64,000 nucleotides of DNA from Lysobacter sp. (lineage in GTDB: Bacteria > Pseudomonadota > Gammaproteobacteria > Xanthomonadales > Xanthomonadaceae): contig DAHUXS010000018.1 of NCBI GenBank assembly GCA_027306995.1, positions 73,426-137,425 on the forward strand, read 5' to 3'. Shown piece by piece: positions 1 to 9,661 of the stretch. Each line of letters starts with the position of its first letter. Position 1 is the stretch's first letter. The notes below the pieces were generated by a model that made no database searches, was not told the origin of the DNA, and saw only the letters and a program-made list of their open reading frames with translations. The translations under genes were made by a program, and so were the position numbers.

Positions 1-158
1 GCTTCGATTCGCCGCGCGATGCCGGCCGTCGCGTCGCCGCGATGAAGGAAGGCGCGCTGGAAGGCAACGAGGACTTCCGGCTCGCCGATGGCGTCAGCAG
101 CGATGAGGTCAATGCTGCCTTGGCGCGCTTTGTCGCGGCGCAACTCGAGCAGAACTGA
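1..158 (+). CDS. 3' end of an unidentified CDS (5'-truncated by window edge)
   Basis: Open frame from window start to TGA at 156-158 (..AMKEGALEGNEDFRLADGVSSDEVNAALARFVAAQLEQN*) with high GC3. Family not recognised. Confidence 0.3.
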   Translation, partial: FDSPRDAGRRVAAMKEGALEGNEDFRLADGVSSDEVNAALARFVAAQLEQN

Positions 159-161
159 CTC

Positions 162-554
162 TCACCAGGTTTCGCGCATCCACGTGTCGGCGACTTCGCC
201 GGCGCGTGCCGGGTCGCTGGTGACCAGCACCAGGTTGTGATCGTGATCGCTGTAGAGCACCTCGATATTCACGCTGGCGTCGGCCATGCGCTGGGTCAGC
301 AGACCGAGCTGTCCCGGTCGCGACTGATGCAATCGCAGCATCACCACCTCGCTGACGCGCGCGACGTTCAATCCGCGATTTTCCAGCGCGGTGCGCGCGG
401 CGTGGCCGTCGACGAACAGGAAGTGGGCGAAGCCGCGGCCTTCCACCACCCAGGCGCCGCCGCCTTCGATGCTCAGCCCGGCGTCCGCCACGGCGGCGCC
501 CATTTTCGCCAGGGCGCCCGGAACATCGTCGAGCAGGATCGCGACGTCATGCAT
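162..554 (-). CDS. ACT-domain protein (about 130 aa)
   Basis: Internal ATG at 554 of ORF 162..761 gives MHDVAILLDDVPGALAKMGAAVADAGLSIEGG.., a typical ACT fold N-terminus. It overlaps the upstream OsmC gene by 8 nt. Confidence 0.7.
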   Translation of the reverse strand: MHDVAILLDDVPGALAKMGAAVADAGLSIEGGGAWVVEGRGFAHFLFVDGHAARTALENRGLNVARVSEVVMLRLHQSRPGQLGLLTQRMADASVNIEVLYSDHDHNLVLVTSDPARAGEVADTWMRETW

Positions 555-1029
555 GGTCCGTGTCTCCTTCGATCGCCGGTTCGTGGGTGATGCGCGATTT
601 GACCGAATTGGCCAGGAAGCAGCGGTCGTGCGCCTCGGCGTGCGCGGCGTGGAATTCACCGGAGGTCGGTGCGACGCCGGCGAAACGCACGCGTGGCCGC
701 AGCACGACTTCGGTGACCATTTCGCGGCCATTGGCGTCGGTGCCCATGTGGCCGAGGGCATCGTCGCTGTAGTCGTCCACCGTCCAGCCGCGTTCGGCGG
801 CGAGCGACAGGAACCACAGCATGTGGCAACTGGCGAGACTGGCGACGAAGGCTTCCTCGGGATCGACCAGCGTCGGATCGGAGAATGGCGTACGCACGAC
901 GTGGGGCGAGGACGATGCGGCGATACGCGCGCCGCCGTCGAAGCTCCAGTCGTGCACGCGGCTGTAGCGGTTATCGGTGAAGCGCGCGCCGTCGCGTCGC
1001 CATTCGATTCGGACGGAATGGGTGCTCAT
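547..1029 (-). CDS. OsmC/Ohr family peroxiredoxin-like protein
   Basis: 160-aa ORF with the OsmC-like pattern (..EEAFVASLASCHMLWFLSLAAE.. and C-terminal ..AHDRCFLANS..). ATGA overlap with the upstream gene at 1026-1029. Confidence 0.8.
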   Translation of the reverse strand: MSTHSVRIEWRRDGARFTDNRYSRVHDWSFDGGARIAASSSPHVVRTPFSDPTLVDPEEAFVASLASCHMLWFLSLAAERGWTVDDYSDDALGHMGTDANGREMVTEVVLRPRVRFAGVAPTSGEFHAAHAEAHDRCFLANSVKSRITHEPAIEGDTDHA

Positions 1030-1706
1030 GCGGGTTGCAGGTCTCCGAGTCTGGTCAAAAGATCGTCCACCAGCCGTTTGCGGCTGCTGTGCGGGTATTC
1101 CGCGGGTGAAAAGGGCATGCAGCTTCCGGCGTAATCGAGGATCAACGCATGCAATTCATTCCTGGAGATGGCATCCGTTGCGATCGTGCTGCCGTTGTGC
1201 GTCACCGCGGTCAGTTTTTCCTGCAGGATTTCCTTGCGCGCGATGGACGATGCGCTGGACGGGTCGGCAACGCAGAGATTGAAGGTTCCATCGAGGAAGC
1301 TCTGCCATGCCGATTCCGATCTCTGTTGGATGCCGCTCGGGATTTCATTTCCCTCGTCATCGAATGCATCGACAAGGCGCCATGTCGTTTGGTTCAGGCC
1401 AGCCAGTGCCTGCCTGAATTCGCGAGTGAAACCATCGTGCATGGCATGGGCATCATTCAATCGTTTTGCCAACGCGATCCAGGGAGATGCGGCGGTCCTG
1501 AAGTAGAAGCCTGGCGCTGCATCGCCGGCAGGAGAGGTGCTGAACACGCGCGATGAAATCATTCCTTCGGCAGAAACGGCATAGGACGGCCCCGGGGCGG
1601 CGGTTCCAGCCAGTTCACGCAAGTCTGCTGGCGTGATGCCGCAGTGGGCGGCGAATTGCTCTTCCCGTTGGAAATGGGTCGCGAGGTAGGCAGCGATGGC
1701 GTCCAT
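1026..1706 (-). CDS. hypothetical protein (226 aa)
   Basis: Start chosen at the ATG at 1706 (MDAIAAYLATHFQ..), because the longer ORF would run into the divergent ArsR gene. First gene of a three-gene minus-strand operon. No family recognised with confidence. Confidence 0.5.
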   Translation of the reverse strand: MDAIAAYLATHFQREEQFAAHCGITPADLRELAGTAAPGPSYAVSAEGMISSRVFSTSPAGDAAPGFYFRTAASPWIALAKRLNDAHAMHDGFTREFRQALAGLNQTTWRLVDAFDDEGNEIPSGIQQRSESAWQSFLDGTFNLCVADPSSASSIARKEILQEKLTAVTHNGSTIATDAISRNELHALILDYAGSCMPFSPAEYPHSSRKRLVDDLLTRLGDLQPA

Positions 1707-1777
1707 GGGCGTTCCGGCGTGGTACGGCGTCCACTGTAAATCTTGAATGACACGAATGTTTCGACCATGATCGAAGC

Positions 1778-2479
1778 ATGGGCGCACGCGATCCCTGGCA
1801 ACCCGACATCGCACGGCTGGCGGCATTGATCGCCGATCCGGCCCGGGCGCACATGCTGGTGGCATTGCTAGGCGGGCAGGCGCTCACCGCTGGCGAACTG
1901 GCGCGGATCGCCGACATCACGCCGCAAACCTGCAGCAGCCATCTCGCCCGCCTGCGCGAAAGCGGACTGCTGAAGATGGTCGCGCAGGGGCGGCATCGCT
2001 ATTACGCGTTGGCGGATGCGCGCGTCGCGGCCTTGCTCGAACATCTGCACGATCTCGCCGGCGACCAGGTGCCGACCGACCTCCAACTTGGGCCAAAGGA
2101 CGCGCAGCTGCGCCGTGCGCGGGTGTGCTTCGATCATCTCGCGGGCGAAAGCGGAGTGCGGATGTTCGATGCGCTGGTGCGTCGACGCTGGTTGCGGCAC
2201 ATCGGCGATGCAGTTGAAGTCACGCCTGCCGGCGAATCGGGGTTGTCCGGATTGGGCATCGATGTCGATGCCTTGCGCGCGCAACGCCGACCCCTATGCC
2301 GCAGCTGCCTCGACTGGAGCATGCGCAAGCCACACCTGGCGGGCGGGCTTGGCGCCGCCTTGCTCGATCATTTCTTCGATGCCGGTTGGGCGAAACGCCA
2401 GCGCGGCAGCCGGATCGTGGTGTTCAACGCCGAAGGGCAGCGGCGGTTCGATGCCCTGTGCGACTCGGCGCGAGCCTGA
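1778..2479 (+). CDS. ArsR/SmtB-family winged-helix transcriptional regulator with C-terminal extension
   Basis: N-terminal ..LIADPARAHMLVALLGGQALTAGELARIADITPQTCSSHLARLRESGLL..GRHRYYAL matches the ArsR HTH pattern. Divergent from the operon at 1706. Confidence 0.8.
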   Translation: MGARDPWQPDIARLAALIADPARAHMLVALLGGQALTAGELARIADITPQTCSSHLARLRESGLLKMVAQGRHRYYALADARVAALLEHLHDLAGDQVPTDLQLGPKDAQLRRARVCFDHLAGESGVRMFDALVRRRWLRHIGDAVEVTPAGESGLSGLGIDVDALRAQRRPLCRSCLDWSMRKPHLAGGLGAALLDHFFDAGWAKRQRGSRIVVFNAEGQRRFDALCDSARA

Positions 2480-2488
2480 TTGCTGCGA

Positions 2489-2875
2489 TCAATCCCAGCT
2501 TTTCGGCGCGGTGCCGCGTTCGGGATGGTGCATCTTCACCACGCAGAAGCGTTGGCCGGTCGGTGCTTCCATCACCCACCAGCGCTTGACGAAAGCGATC
2601 TTCTTCGCGCCCAGCTTCTCGAGACGATCGGCTTCGGCATCGACGTCGTCGGCCTCGATGTCGAGGTGGACGCGCGAGGGATGCGCGACCTTCTGCACCT
2701 CGATGTGCAGATCGCCCGGCGTGTCGCCGAATTGCTGGTATTCCGCCGTCGCGTCGCCGGCATCGCGATTGGCGATGGCGCAGCCCAACGCCTGCGCCCA
2801 GAAATCGGCCGCGGCGTCGAGGTCATCGGTCTGGCAATCGATGATGAAACCGGCGAGACGGCTGCGATGCGCCAT
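2489..2875 (-). CDS. VOC (glyoxalase/bleomycin-resistance/dioxygenase) family protein
   Basis: C-terminal 128 aa of the spurious long ORF 2489..4138, starting at the ATG at 2875 (MAHRSRLAGFIIDCQTDDLDAAADFWAQALG..VHLDIEADDVDAEADRLEKLGA..). Its ATG overlaps the E2 stop codon by 1 nt. Confidence 0.75.
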   Translation of the reverse strand: MAHRSRLAGFIIDCQTDDLDAAADFWAQALGCAIANRDAGDATAEYQQFGDTPGDLHIEVQKVAHPSRVHLDIEADDVDAEADRLEKLGAKKIAFVKRWWVMEAPTGQRFCVVKMHHPERGTAPKSWD

Positions 2876-4203
2876 CAGTTCGGCGAGGCCATGTCGTCGA
2901 GCAGCGCCTTGAGGAAGCGCGCGGCTTCGCCGCCGGTGGCGGCGCGATGGTCGAAGGTCAGCGAGATCGGGATGCGGCGATGCACCTCGATGCCGCCCAT
3001 CACCGCGACCACGTCGTGCGAGAGCTTGCCGGCGCCGACGATGGCCACGCACGGCGGCACCACCACCGGTGTCGCGTAGCGGCCGGCGAACATGCCGAAG
3101 TTGGACAGCGAGATGGTGTAGCCGCTGAGTTCGCTGGACGGGATCGAACGATCCTCGACTTGCGCGCGCAGGCGCTTGATAGCCGCGCGCACGCCGTTGC
3201 CGTCGAGCATGTCGGCGTTGCGCAACGCCGGCACGAACATGCCGTCGTCGGTATCCACCGCGATGCCGATGTCGACCTGCGGATGCATCGTGCGGGTGAG
3301 GTTGGCGCCGTCGAACCAGGCGTTGAGCGCCGGCACCGTCTTGCAGGCGGTGACGATCGCGCGCACCAGGCGCGAGGTGATGTCCTGCTTGCCGATCCAT
3401 GCATGCAGGTCGGCATCGTCGACCAGCGTGGTCGGGACGACTTGCGCATGCGCGTCGGCCATCACGCGCGCCATGTTGCGACGCACGCCCTTCAGCTGTT
3501 CCGGCTGGCCGGTGACGGCCACGCCCGGCGGCTGGGTGCGCATCGGTTTGCCCGACTGTGACAAGGTGCTGCGCTGTTGCGCCGGCGCTGCAGCGGCAAC
3601 CGGTGCATCGACGGCACGTTGCGTCGGCGCGGCGCCGATTTTCGCGGAGCCATCGGCGGCGGCCTGCTTCACGTCCTGCATCGTCACCACGCCATCGGGA
3701 CCGCTGGCGCGGACGCGGGCGATATCGACGCCGAGCTTGCGCGCCATCGCGCGCACCGCGGGCACGGCCTTGACGCCACCGATGCTGGTCGCGGCTTCGG
3801 CATGCACGGAATCGCCGACCTGCATCGCGCCGACCACGGTGCCGGCGTCTTCGCTCTTGGCCGCGGCGGGTGCCGGCGCGGCTGCAGGGGTCGCAGCAGG
3901 CGCGGGTGCGCCGCCATGGTGATGGCCGGTGTCCTGGCCTTCCGCGCGCTGCGGCATGTTGGGATCGATCTCGAACTCGGCCAGCATGTGGCCGGTGATG
4001 ATCACGTCGCCTTCGCCGCCGGAGAGCTTCAGCACCTTGCCGCTGACCGGCGAGGGCACGTCGACCACGGCTTTCGCCGTTTCCATCGACACCAGGTTGT
4101 CGTCGAGGCGGATGGTGTCGCCTTCCTTGACGTACCACTTGACGATGGTGGCGTCGGGCAGGCCTTCGCCGAGGTCAGGGAGATTGAAAGTCTTGTTCGC
4201 CAT
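2875..4203 (-). CDS. bkdB: dihydrolipoamide acyltransferase (E2) of a branched-chain 2-oxoacid dehydrogenase complex
   Basis: Lipoyl domain with the ..SMETAKAVVDVPSP.. lipoyl-lysine motif, an Ala/Pro linker, a subunit-binding domain, and a catalytic domain ending ..SLTFDHRAATGGEAARFL.. (DHR motif). Confidence 0.9.
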   Translation of the reverse strand: MANKTFNLPDLGEGLPDATIVKWYVKEGDTIRLDDNLVSMETAKAVVDVPSPVSGKVLKLSGGEGDVIITGHMLAEFEIDPNMPQRAEGQDTGHHHGGAPAPAATPAAAPAPAAAKSEDAGTVVGAMQVGDSVHAEAATSIGGVKAVPAVRAMARKLGVDIARVRASGPDGVVTMQDVKQAAADGSAKIGAAPTQRAVDAPVAAAAPAQQRSTLSQSGKPMRTQPPGVAVTGQPEQLKGVRRNMARVMADAHAQVVPTTLVDDADLHAWIGKQDITSRLVRAIVTACKTVPALNAWFDGANLTRTMHPQVDIGIAVDTDDGMFVPALRNADMLDGNGVRAAIKRLRAQVEDRSIPSSELSGYTISLSNFGMFAGRYATPVVVPPCVAIVGAGKLSHDVVAVMGGIEVHRRIPISLTFDHRAATGGEAARFLKALLDDMASPN

Positions 4204-4212
4204 GTGTGTTCC

Positions 4213-5217
4213 TTACTTGTGCGCCATCGCGCGGTGCGCCGCGGCGACGACCTTGTCCACGCTCGGCATGAACTTCATTTCGAGGCGGAACAGCGGGATG
4301 TGGGTGTCGTAGCCGGTGACGCGCTCGACCGGCGCGAGCAGGTCGAACAGGCATTCCTCGGCGATGCGCGCGGCGATCTCGGCGCCGAAGCCGGCGGTCT
4401 TCGCCGCTTCGTGCACGATCACGCAGCGACCGGTCTTGGCCACCGACTCGGCGATGGTCGCGAAGTCGAGCGGCTTCAACGTGGCGACGTCGATTACTTC
4501 GGCGCTGATGCCTTCCTTCGCCAGGGCGTCGGCGGCCTCCAGCGTTTCCTTGACCTGCGCGCCCCACGTCACCAGGGTGATGTCGCTGCCGTCGCGCAGC
4601 ACGAAGCAGACATCGAGCGGCAAGGCTTCGCCGTCATCCGGCACCAGTTCCTTGTACTGGCGATAGATGCGCTTCGGCTCCATGTAGATCACCGGATCGG
4701 GATCGCGGATCGCGGCCAGCAACAGGCCGTAGGCGCGCTGCGGTGACGACGGCATCACCACGCGCAAGCCGGGCACGTTGGTGAAGATCGCTTCGTTGGC
4801 TTCGGAATGATGTTCCGGCGCGCGGATGCCGCCGCCCCACGGCACGCGCAGCACCATCGGGCAGTGCAGGCGTCCGCGCGTGCGATAGCGCATGCGCGCG
4901 GCGTGGCTGACGATGAAGTCGACCATTGGATACATGAAACCGTCGAACTGCGCTTCCGCGACTGGCTTCATGCCCTGCGAGGCCATGCCGACGGTCAAGC
5001 CGGCGATCGTGGTTTCGTCGAGCGGCGTGTCGAGGATGCGCTGGTCGCCGAAGCGCTGCTGCAGACCGGCGGTGGCGCGGAACACGCCGCCGTTGACGCC
5101 GACATCCTCGCCGAGCACGACGACGGAATCGTCGTGGGCGATTTCATAGGCCAGCGCCTGCGTGATCGCTTCGATGAGCGTGATTGGAGTCGGGGTGATG
5201 GGCGTTGCGTCGCTCAT
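4213..5217 (-). CDS. bkdA2: 2-oxoisovalerate dehydrogenase E1 beta subunit
   Basis: 334 aa with transketolase-like pyrimidine-binding and C-terminal domains (..VVVLGEDVGVNGGVFRAT..). ATGA overlap with the E1 alpha gene. Confidence 0.92.
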   Translation of the reverse strand: MSDATPITPTPITLIEAITQALAYEIAHDDSVVVLGEDVGVNGGVFRATAGLQQRFGDQRILDTPLDETTIAGLTVGMASQGMKPVAEAQFDGFMYPMVDFIVSHAARMRYRTRGRLHCPMVLRVPWGGGIRAPEHHSEANEAIFTNVPGLRVVMPSSPQRAYGLLLAAIRDPDPVIYMEPKRIYRQYKELVPDDGEALPLDVCFVLRDGSDITLVTWGAQVKETLEAADALAKEGISAEVIDVATLKPLDFATIAESVAKTGRCVIVHEAAKTAGFGAEIAARIAEECLFDLLAPVERVTGYDTHIPLFRLEMKFMPSVDKVVAAAHRAMAHK

Positions 5218-6287
5218 GCGCGCTTCTCCAGGGCGATGGCGGCATCGCGTTGTTCGCGGATATCGGCGGGCATGTCGGCGTACAGGTAATCGAACATCGC
5301 TTCCACCGGCTGCACCGGCGTCTCCAGATAGGCGTTGATTTCAACGTCGACGACCTTGCCGCATTCCTCGATCCACGCGGCTTCTTCCTGTTCGCTCCAC
5401 ACCTTCTTGTCGATCAGGAATTTGCGCAGGCGGAGGAAGGGTTCGCGCGTCCAGGCGTCCTTCACTTCGTCCTCGCCGCGATAACGGCGGGCGTCGTCGG
5501 CGGTGGTGTGGTCGTGCAGGCGATAGGTCATGAATTCGATCACGCTGCCGCCTTCACCCTTGCGCGCGCGCTCGTTGGCGCGGCGCATCGCTTCGAGCAC
5601 GGCGATCAGGTCGTTGCCGTCGACCTGCAGGCAACTCAAGCCGCCGGCCAGGCCCTTCTGCGCAAGCGTCTGCGCGCCGGTCTGCGATTTGCGCGGCACC
5701 GAAATCGCCCAGCCGTTGTTGATCACGCACAACACCAGCGGCAGCGAATACGCGCCGGCGGAATTGACCGCGGCGTAGAAATCGGTCTTCGACGAGCCGC
5801 CGTCGCCGCAGCAGGCGACCGCGATGCGCGGCTGCTTGCGCAGCTTGAACGCCAAGGCCGCACCGGCTGCCATCAGGCATTGGGTGGAAATCGGCACGCA
5901 CCAGGGATAGTCGTTGCGTGGGCCTTCGAAATCGTTGCCGCGCTCGTCGCCGCCCCAGTACATCAGCACTTCGCGCGGACGCACGCCGCGCATGAATTGC
6001 GCGCCGTATTCGCGGTAGCTCGGGGCGAACACGTCTTCGGGCGCCATCGACGCGCCGATGCCGACATGCGTCGCTTCGTGGCCGAGGCTGGCGGCGTAGG
6101 TGCCGAGCTTGCCGGTGCGCTGCAGGGCGATCGCCTTGGAGTCGAAGGTGCGCACGAACAGCATGCGCTTGAACAGCGGAACCAGCTTGGCGGGATCGTT
6201 GAACGCCGCCGGCAGCGGTGCCGCCAGCGTGCCATCGGGCTTGAGGTATTGCAGGTATTCGATCTCGAACGATGCAGCGATGGTCAT
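5214..6287 (-). CDS. bkdA1: 2-oxoisovalerate dehydrogenase E1 alpha subunit (TPP-dependent)
   Basis: 357 aa with the TPP-binding motif ..CCGDGGSSKTDFYAAVNSAGAYSLPLVLCVINNGWAIS.. Confidence 0.9.
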   Translation of the reverse strand: MTIAASFEIEYLQYLKPDGTLAAPLPAAFNDPAKLVPLFKRMLFVRTFDSKAIALQRTGKLGTYAASLGHEATHVGIGASMAPEDVFAPSYREYGAQFMRGVRPREVLMYWGGDERGNDFEGPRNDYPWCVPISTQCLMAAGAALAFKLRKQPRIAVACCGDGGSSKTDFYAAVNSAGAYSLPLVLCVINNGWAISVPRKSQTGAQTLAQKGLAGGLSCLQVDGNDLIAVLEAMRRANERARKGEGGSVIEFMTYRLHDHTTADDARRYRGEDEVKDAWTREPFLRLRKFLIDKKVWSEQEEAAWIEECGKVVDVEINAYLETPVQPVEAMFDYLYADMPADIREQRDAAIALEKRA

Positions 6288-6427
6288 CTGGGCTCCGTGG
6301 GCGGACCAAGACCGCCAATGATACCGGCGGCGCGGAAAACTCCCGTTGCGCGCTGCGCAAACGCCGGGAGGCTAAACGGAAAACCCGGCCGGAGCCGGGT
6401 TTTCCTGGTGAAGCACGGGGACGGCGA

Positions 6428-9400
6428 TCAGGGCACGCCGACGATGCGGTTGCTGTAGTTCGCCGAATTGTTGCCGGCGACCGGGTCGGGCGTGCTTGCG
6501 GACGCGCTGGCGCCCAGGTTCAGGCTTTGCGTGCTGTTCGGGCGCGCCGGGATGGTGATGGCGAAATCGAACTGCTGGCGCTCGCCGGAGGTGAACTCCA
6601 TCGTGGACTGGCAACGCGTGGTGAAATCGCCGCTGCCGCCGGTGGTCGTGCAGTTCCAGCCCGTGGGTGCGCCCAGCGACACGTTCGCGGCAGGGGCGTC
6701 GCCGTGCAGGACCAGCACGGGTTGCCACGCCGTGTCCGGTCCGGCATTGCGGAGCACCACCGGGAAGGGTTCGACACGGCCGTAGTGCAGCTTCTTCGCC
6801 GGTCCGGACATCGAAACCGCAAGATCGGCGTTGGCATTGACCGTGACCACGGCATCGGCGCGGTTGTTGCCGCCGGCCGGATCGGTGGTCTGCGAGGTCG
6901 TCGCCATCGCGACATGCAGCTTGCCGCCGCCGTTCGCAGGAAGCGTGACCACGCTGATCGAGAACGCGGCGTGTTCGCCCGCGCCCAGCGACGGCGTGGC
7001 GCAGGCAACGGTGGTGGCCGTCGCGGATACGACCGGCTGCTCGCAGGTCCAACCCGCTGGTGCGGAGACTTGCGGCGACACCTGCGCGTCGAAGGCGAAG
7101 GCGACGCTGGCCGCTTCCGCCGCACTCGGGCCGGCGTTGGACACTTCGGCGTCGAACTGCGCGGCATCGCCCACGTGCACCGAGTCCGTGCGCGCGACGA
7201 GCATGGCCGCGAGGTCGGCGCTGCGGAACGCCGGCACGGCGATCGCGATCCGCACCGGATCGTGGTCGGACACACGCACCGGCACGCTGGCGTTGCCGAA
7301 GTTGTCAACGCCGAACTCGGCGTTGATGCGCGCGTGATCCACCCGCACGCCGAGCGCGGAGTCCAGCAACGCACGGTTCAGCAGTGCGTGGTCGAGCGAT
7401 TGCGCATTGCCCTGGAAGACGTAGGAGTAACGCTCGGCCGGGTCGGTGATCAGCGACGAGCCGTCGACCAGCGGCGTGGTGACCGGGCTCGGCACCCAGG
7501 TCAGCACCTGGTCTTCCGGCACCTCGTTGCCGCGGATGATGCCGAGTACATCGACATAGCCGTCGTTGAACTCGAAGGCATTGAAGTCGCCGAGGAGGGC
7601 GATGTGCTGCGACGGGTCCGCCTGCTGCAGCTGCTGCACCAGGTTGGCGAGGTAGGCGGCCTGCGCCGCGCGCTTGGCGCGCACGCGGGCACCGCCGGTG
7701 GACCAGCCGTTGCCGCCGGCGGTCACGTCGTCGACGCCGTTCAGTGAACGCAGATGGTTGATGATCACCGTGACCGGATATCCCGCGCCGTTGTCCTGGT
7801 GCACCACCGCGCGTAGCAGCAGCGGCGGGCGGTCGTTGAGCAGGCTGGTGCTGCCGTCCGGGTTGGCGAAGGTCGTGGTCTTGCCGTACTGGGTCACCTC
7901 GGTCACTTCCACGCGTGGCACGCCGGCGCCGTTGCCGTCGGTTCCAATCAGGCGTGTACTGACGAGGAAGCCGACGTCGATGCCGCCGACGTCGTTGCCC
8001 TCGACCAGGTACGGAACGTACTTCGGTGCACGCGGGCAGGTGCCGTTGATGCGATCGGCGAGCAACTGCAACACGTGCAGGTTCTCGACTTCGACCACGC
8101 CGAGGATGTTCGGCGCCTTCAGGTAGTCGCAGATCGCCCCGCTGGTCTTGCCGAGGCGCTTGTCCAGTGCGACCGCGGTCAGGGTCGGCGCGCTGTTGCC
8201 GTCGGCGACGTCATCGAAGAAGCGCTCGAGGTTGAATCCGCCGATGGTCACGTCTTCGTAAGCGACGTCCGGAACCGGTTGTGGCGCCATGCCGCCGGAC
8301 ACCGTCGGCGGCGTCGCGCTATCGGGGAGCAGCGCCCAATCGGCGTCGTAGTAGTCGAGCACGCCGACCAAGCCGTCGACCTGCGCGCCCTTGTCGACCG
8401 AGATCGGCTGCGCGCCGATCTGCTGGAAGCTGCGCACCATCAGCCGTTCCGGATTGTGGTCGAAGCGTGGCGGATGCTTGTCCGCCGGCACCGGGACCGC
8501 GTCGAGCACGTCGAGTCCGGCCTCGCGGAACGGTGTGGCCGTGGTCGGCAGGGTGACGTAGAACACGCCATCGCTGGTGGAGGTGGCATTGGCCTCGTCG
8601 ATGCTGCCGTCGGAGGCGCCGACCACGATCGAGTGGGCGACGCTCACGCGCATGCCTTCATAGCGTTCCAGCGTGAGCGGCGTGGCGGCCGGCGACAGCT
8701 CGGTGGCGCTGAGTTCGATCGGCGCGGGCAGCGTGTTGCCGGTGCTGACGACCTCGACCGTGGGCGACACGATTTCGGTGATGCTGAGCTGGCTCGGGTT
8801 GGAGGCGGGCGTGAATTCGCTCACCTTGCCCGTCACGCGCACGCGGTTGCCCACTGCGGCCGACGCAGGCGGTGCACTGCCGGTGTAGACGAACACGCCG
8901 TCGGAGGTGGCCGGGTTGCCGTCGCCGGTCGGATCCTGGATGAAGAAGCCGCTGTTGTACTTGCGCGCGGTGACCACGCCTTCGGTGACCACGTTCTCGC
9001 CGTTGTGCGAAGACACCAGGTCGGAGCCCTGGATTTCGGGGATGGTCAGTGCGGTCGGCGGCGCCGGCGGGGCGGAGCCGCTGTTGCGCGGGGCGGGCGC
9101 GCCGGTCGCGAAGTCGGCCGCGTTGTTGTTGCTGTCGATGGAGCCATCGCCCTTGCGCAGGATCGCGCTGGAGTTGCTGGGGGCGGGGGCGGCTGCGCTG
9201 CCTTCGAAGCAGTTGGCGCCGCCGAAGCCGACCAGGTCCAGGACCGCGCCACCCAGCGGGCAACTGCCGCTGAGCGTGGTCTGGGCGCCAACCAGTGCGA
9301 CCTTGCCTGCGGTCGCGGACATGGGGATCGTGCCGGTGGCGTCGGGCGCGGGCAGGCTGGTCGTGCCGCCAGTGCCGTCGGCTTCCTTGACCAGGTAATA

Positions 9401-9661
9401 GGCGCCCGGCGCGATGCTGCCGGAGAGGTTGGTGCGCTGCCAGCTGGTGCCCGCGGCGGAGGTGTATTGCACGCTCCAGCCGTCGACCGACACCGCGGTC
9501 GCGCCGTTGTTGCGCAACTCGATGAAATCGCTCTTCAGCGTCGCGCCGGAATTGCCGCCGCCGCCGTAGATTTGGCTGATCACCACCTGCGCATTCGTGG
9601 CGCCCGCGGCGAAGGTCAACAGGAAAGCAAGCGCCCAGCGGCGCATGGAAGCGTTGGTCAT
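6428..9661 (-). CDS. ExeM/NucH-type secreted nuclease: lamin-tail domain, endonuclease/exonuclease/phosphatase domain and C-terminal DUF11-like repeats
   Basis: Start at the ATG at 9661 gives a signal peptide (MTNASMRRWALAFLLTFAAGATNA|Q). LTD signature: ISQIYGGGGNSGATLKSDFIELRNNG..GWSVQY. EEP domain ends ..VSDHDPVRIAI. The C-terminus has repeated ..NAGPS/NAGPD.. Ig-like modules. Confidence 0.8.
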   Translation of the reverse strand: MTNASMRRWALAFLLTFAAGATNAQVVISQIYGGGGNSGATLKSDFIELRNNGATAVSVDGWSVQYTSAAGTSWQRTNLSGSIAPGAYYLVKEADGTGGTTSLPAPDATGTIPMSATAGKVALVGAQTTLSGSCPLGGAVLDLVGFGGANCFEGSAAAPAPSNSSAILRKGDGSIDSNNNAADFATGAPAPRNSGSAPPAPPTALTIPEIQGSDLVSSHNGENVVTEGVVTARKYNSGFFIQDPTGDGNPATSDGVFVYTGSAPPASAAVGNRVRVTGKVSEFTPASNPSQLSITEIVSPTVEVVSTGNTLPAPIELSATELSPAATPLTLERYEGMRVSVAHSIVVGASDGSIDEANATSTSDGVFYVTLPTTATPFREAGLDVLDAVPVPADKHPPRFDHNPERLMVRSFQQIGAQPISVDKGAQVDGLVGVLDYYDADWALLPDSATPPTVSGGMAPQPVPDVAYEDVTIGGFNLERFFDDVADGNSAPTLTAVALDKRLGKTSGAICDYLKAPNILGVVEVENLHVLQLLADRINGTCPRAPKYVPYLVEGNDVGGIDVGFLVSTRLIGTDGNGAGVPRVEVTEVTQYGKTTTFANPDGSTSLLNDRPPLLLRAVVHQDNGAGYPVTVIINHLRSLNGVDDVTAGGNGWSTGGARVRAKRAAQAAYLANLVQQLQQADPSQHIALLGDFNAFEFNDGYVDVLGIIRGNEVPEDQVLTWVPSPVTTPLVDGSSLITDPAERYSYVFQGNAQSLDHALLNRALLDSALGVRVDHARINAEFGVDNFGNASVPVRVSDHDPVRIAIAVPAFRSADLAAMLVARTDSVHVGDAAQFDAEVSNAGPSAAEAASVAFAFDAQVSPQVSAPAGWTCEQPVVSATATTVACATPSLGAGEHAAFSISVVTLPANGGGKLHVAMATTSQTTDPAGGNNRADAVVTVNANADLAVSMSGPAKKLHYGRVEPFPVVLRNAGPDTAWQPVLVLHGDAPAANVSLGAPTGWNCTTTGGSGDFTTRCQSTMEFTSGERQQFDFAITIPARPNSTQSLNLGASASASTPDPVAGNNSANYSNRIVGVP

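Noticed and set aside
2489-4138. Very long ORFs antisense to, or out of frame with, recognised genes. Examples: 2489..4138(-), 3577..4746(+), 5205..6458(+), 6272..7747(+), 8075..10255(+), 9675..11006(-), 14207..15478(-), 22560..24092(-), 26643..28457(-), 52611..54308(-, upstream part).
   Set aside because: Their translations are Arg/Ala/Gly/Pro-rich and low in complexity, with no recognisable motifs. Each overlaps a gene that has clear family signatures. Stop-codon-poor alternative frames are expected in DNA of about 68% GC.
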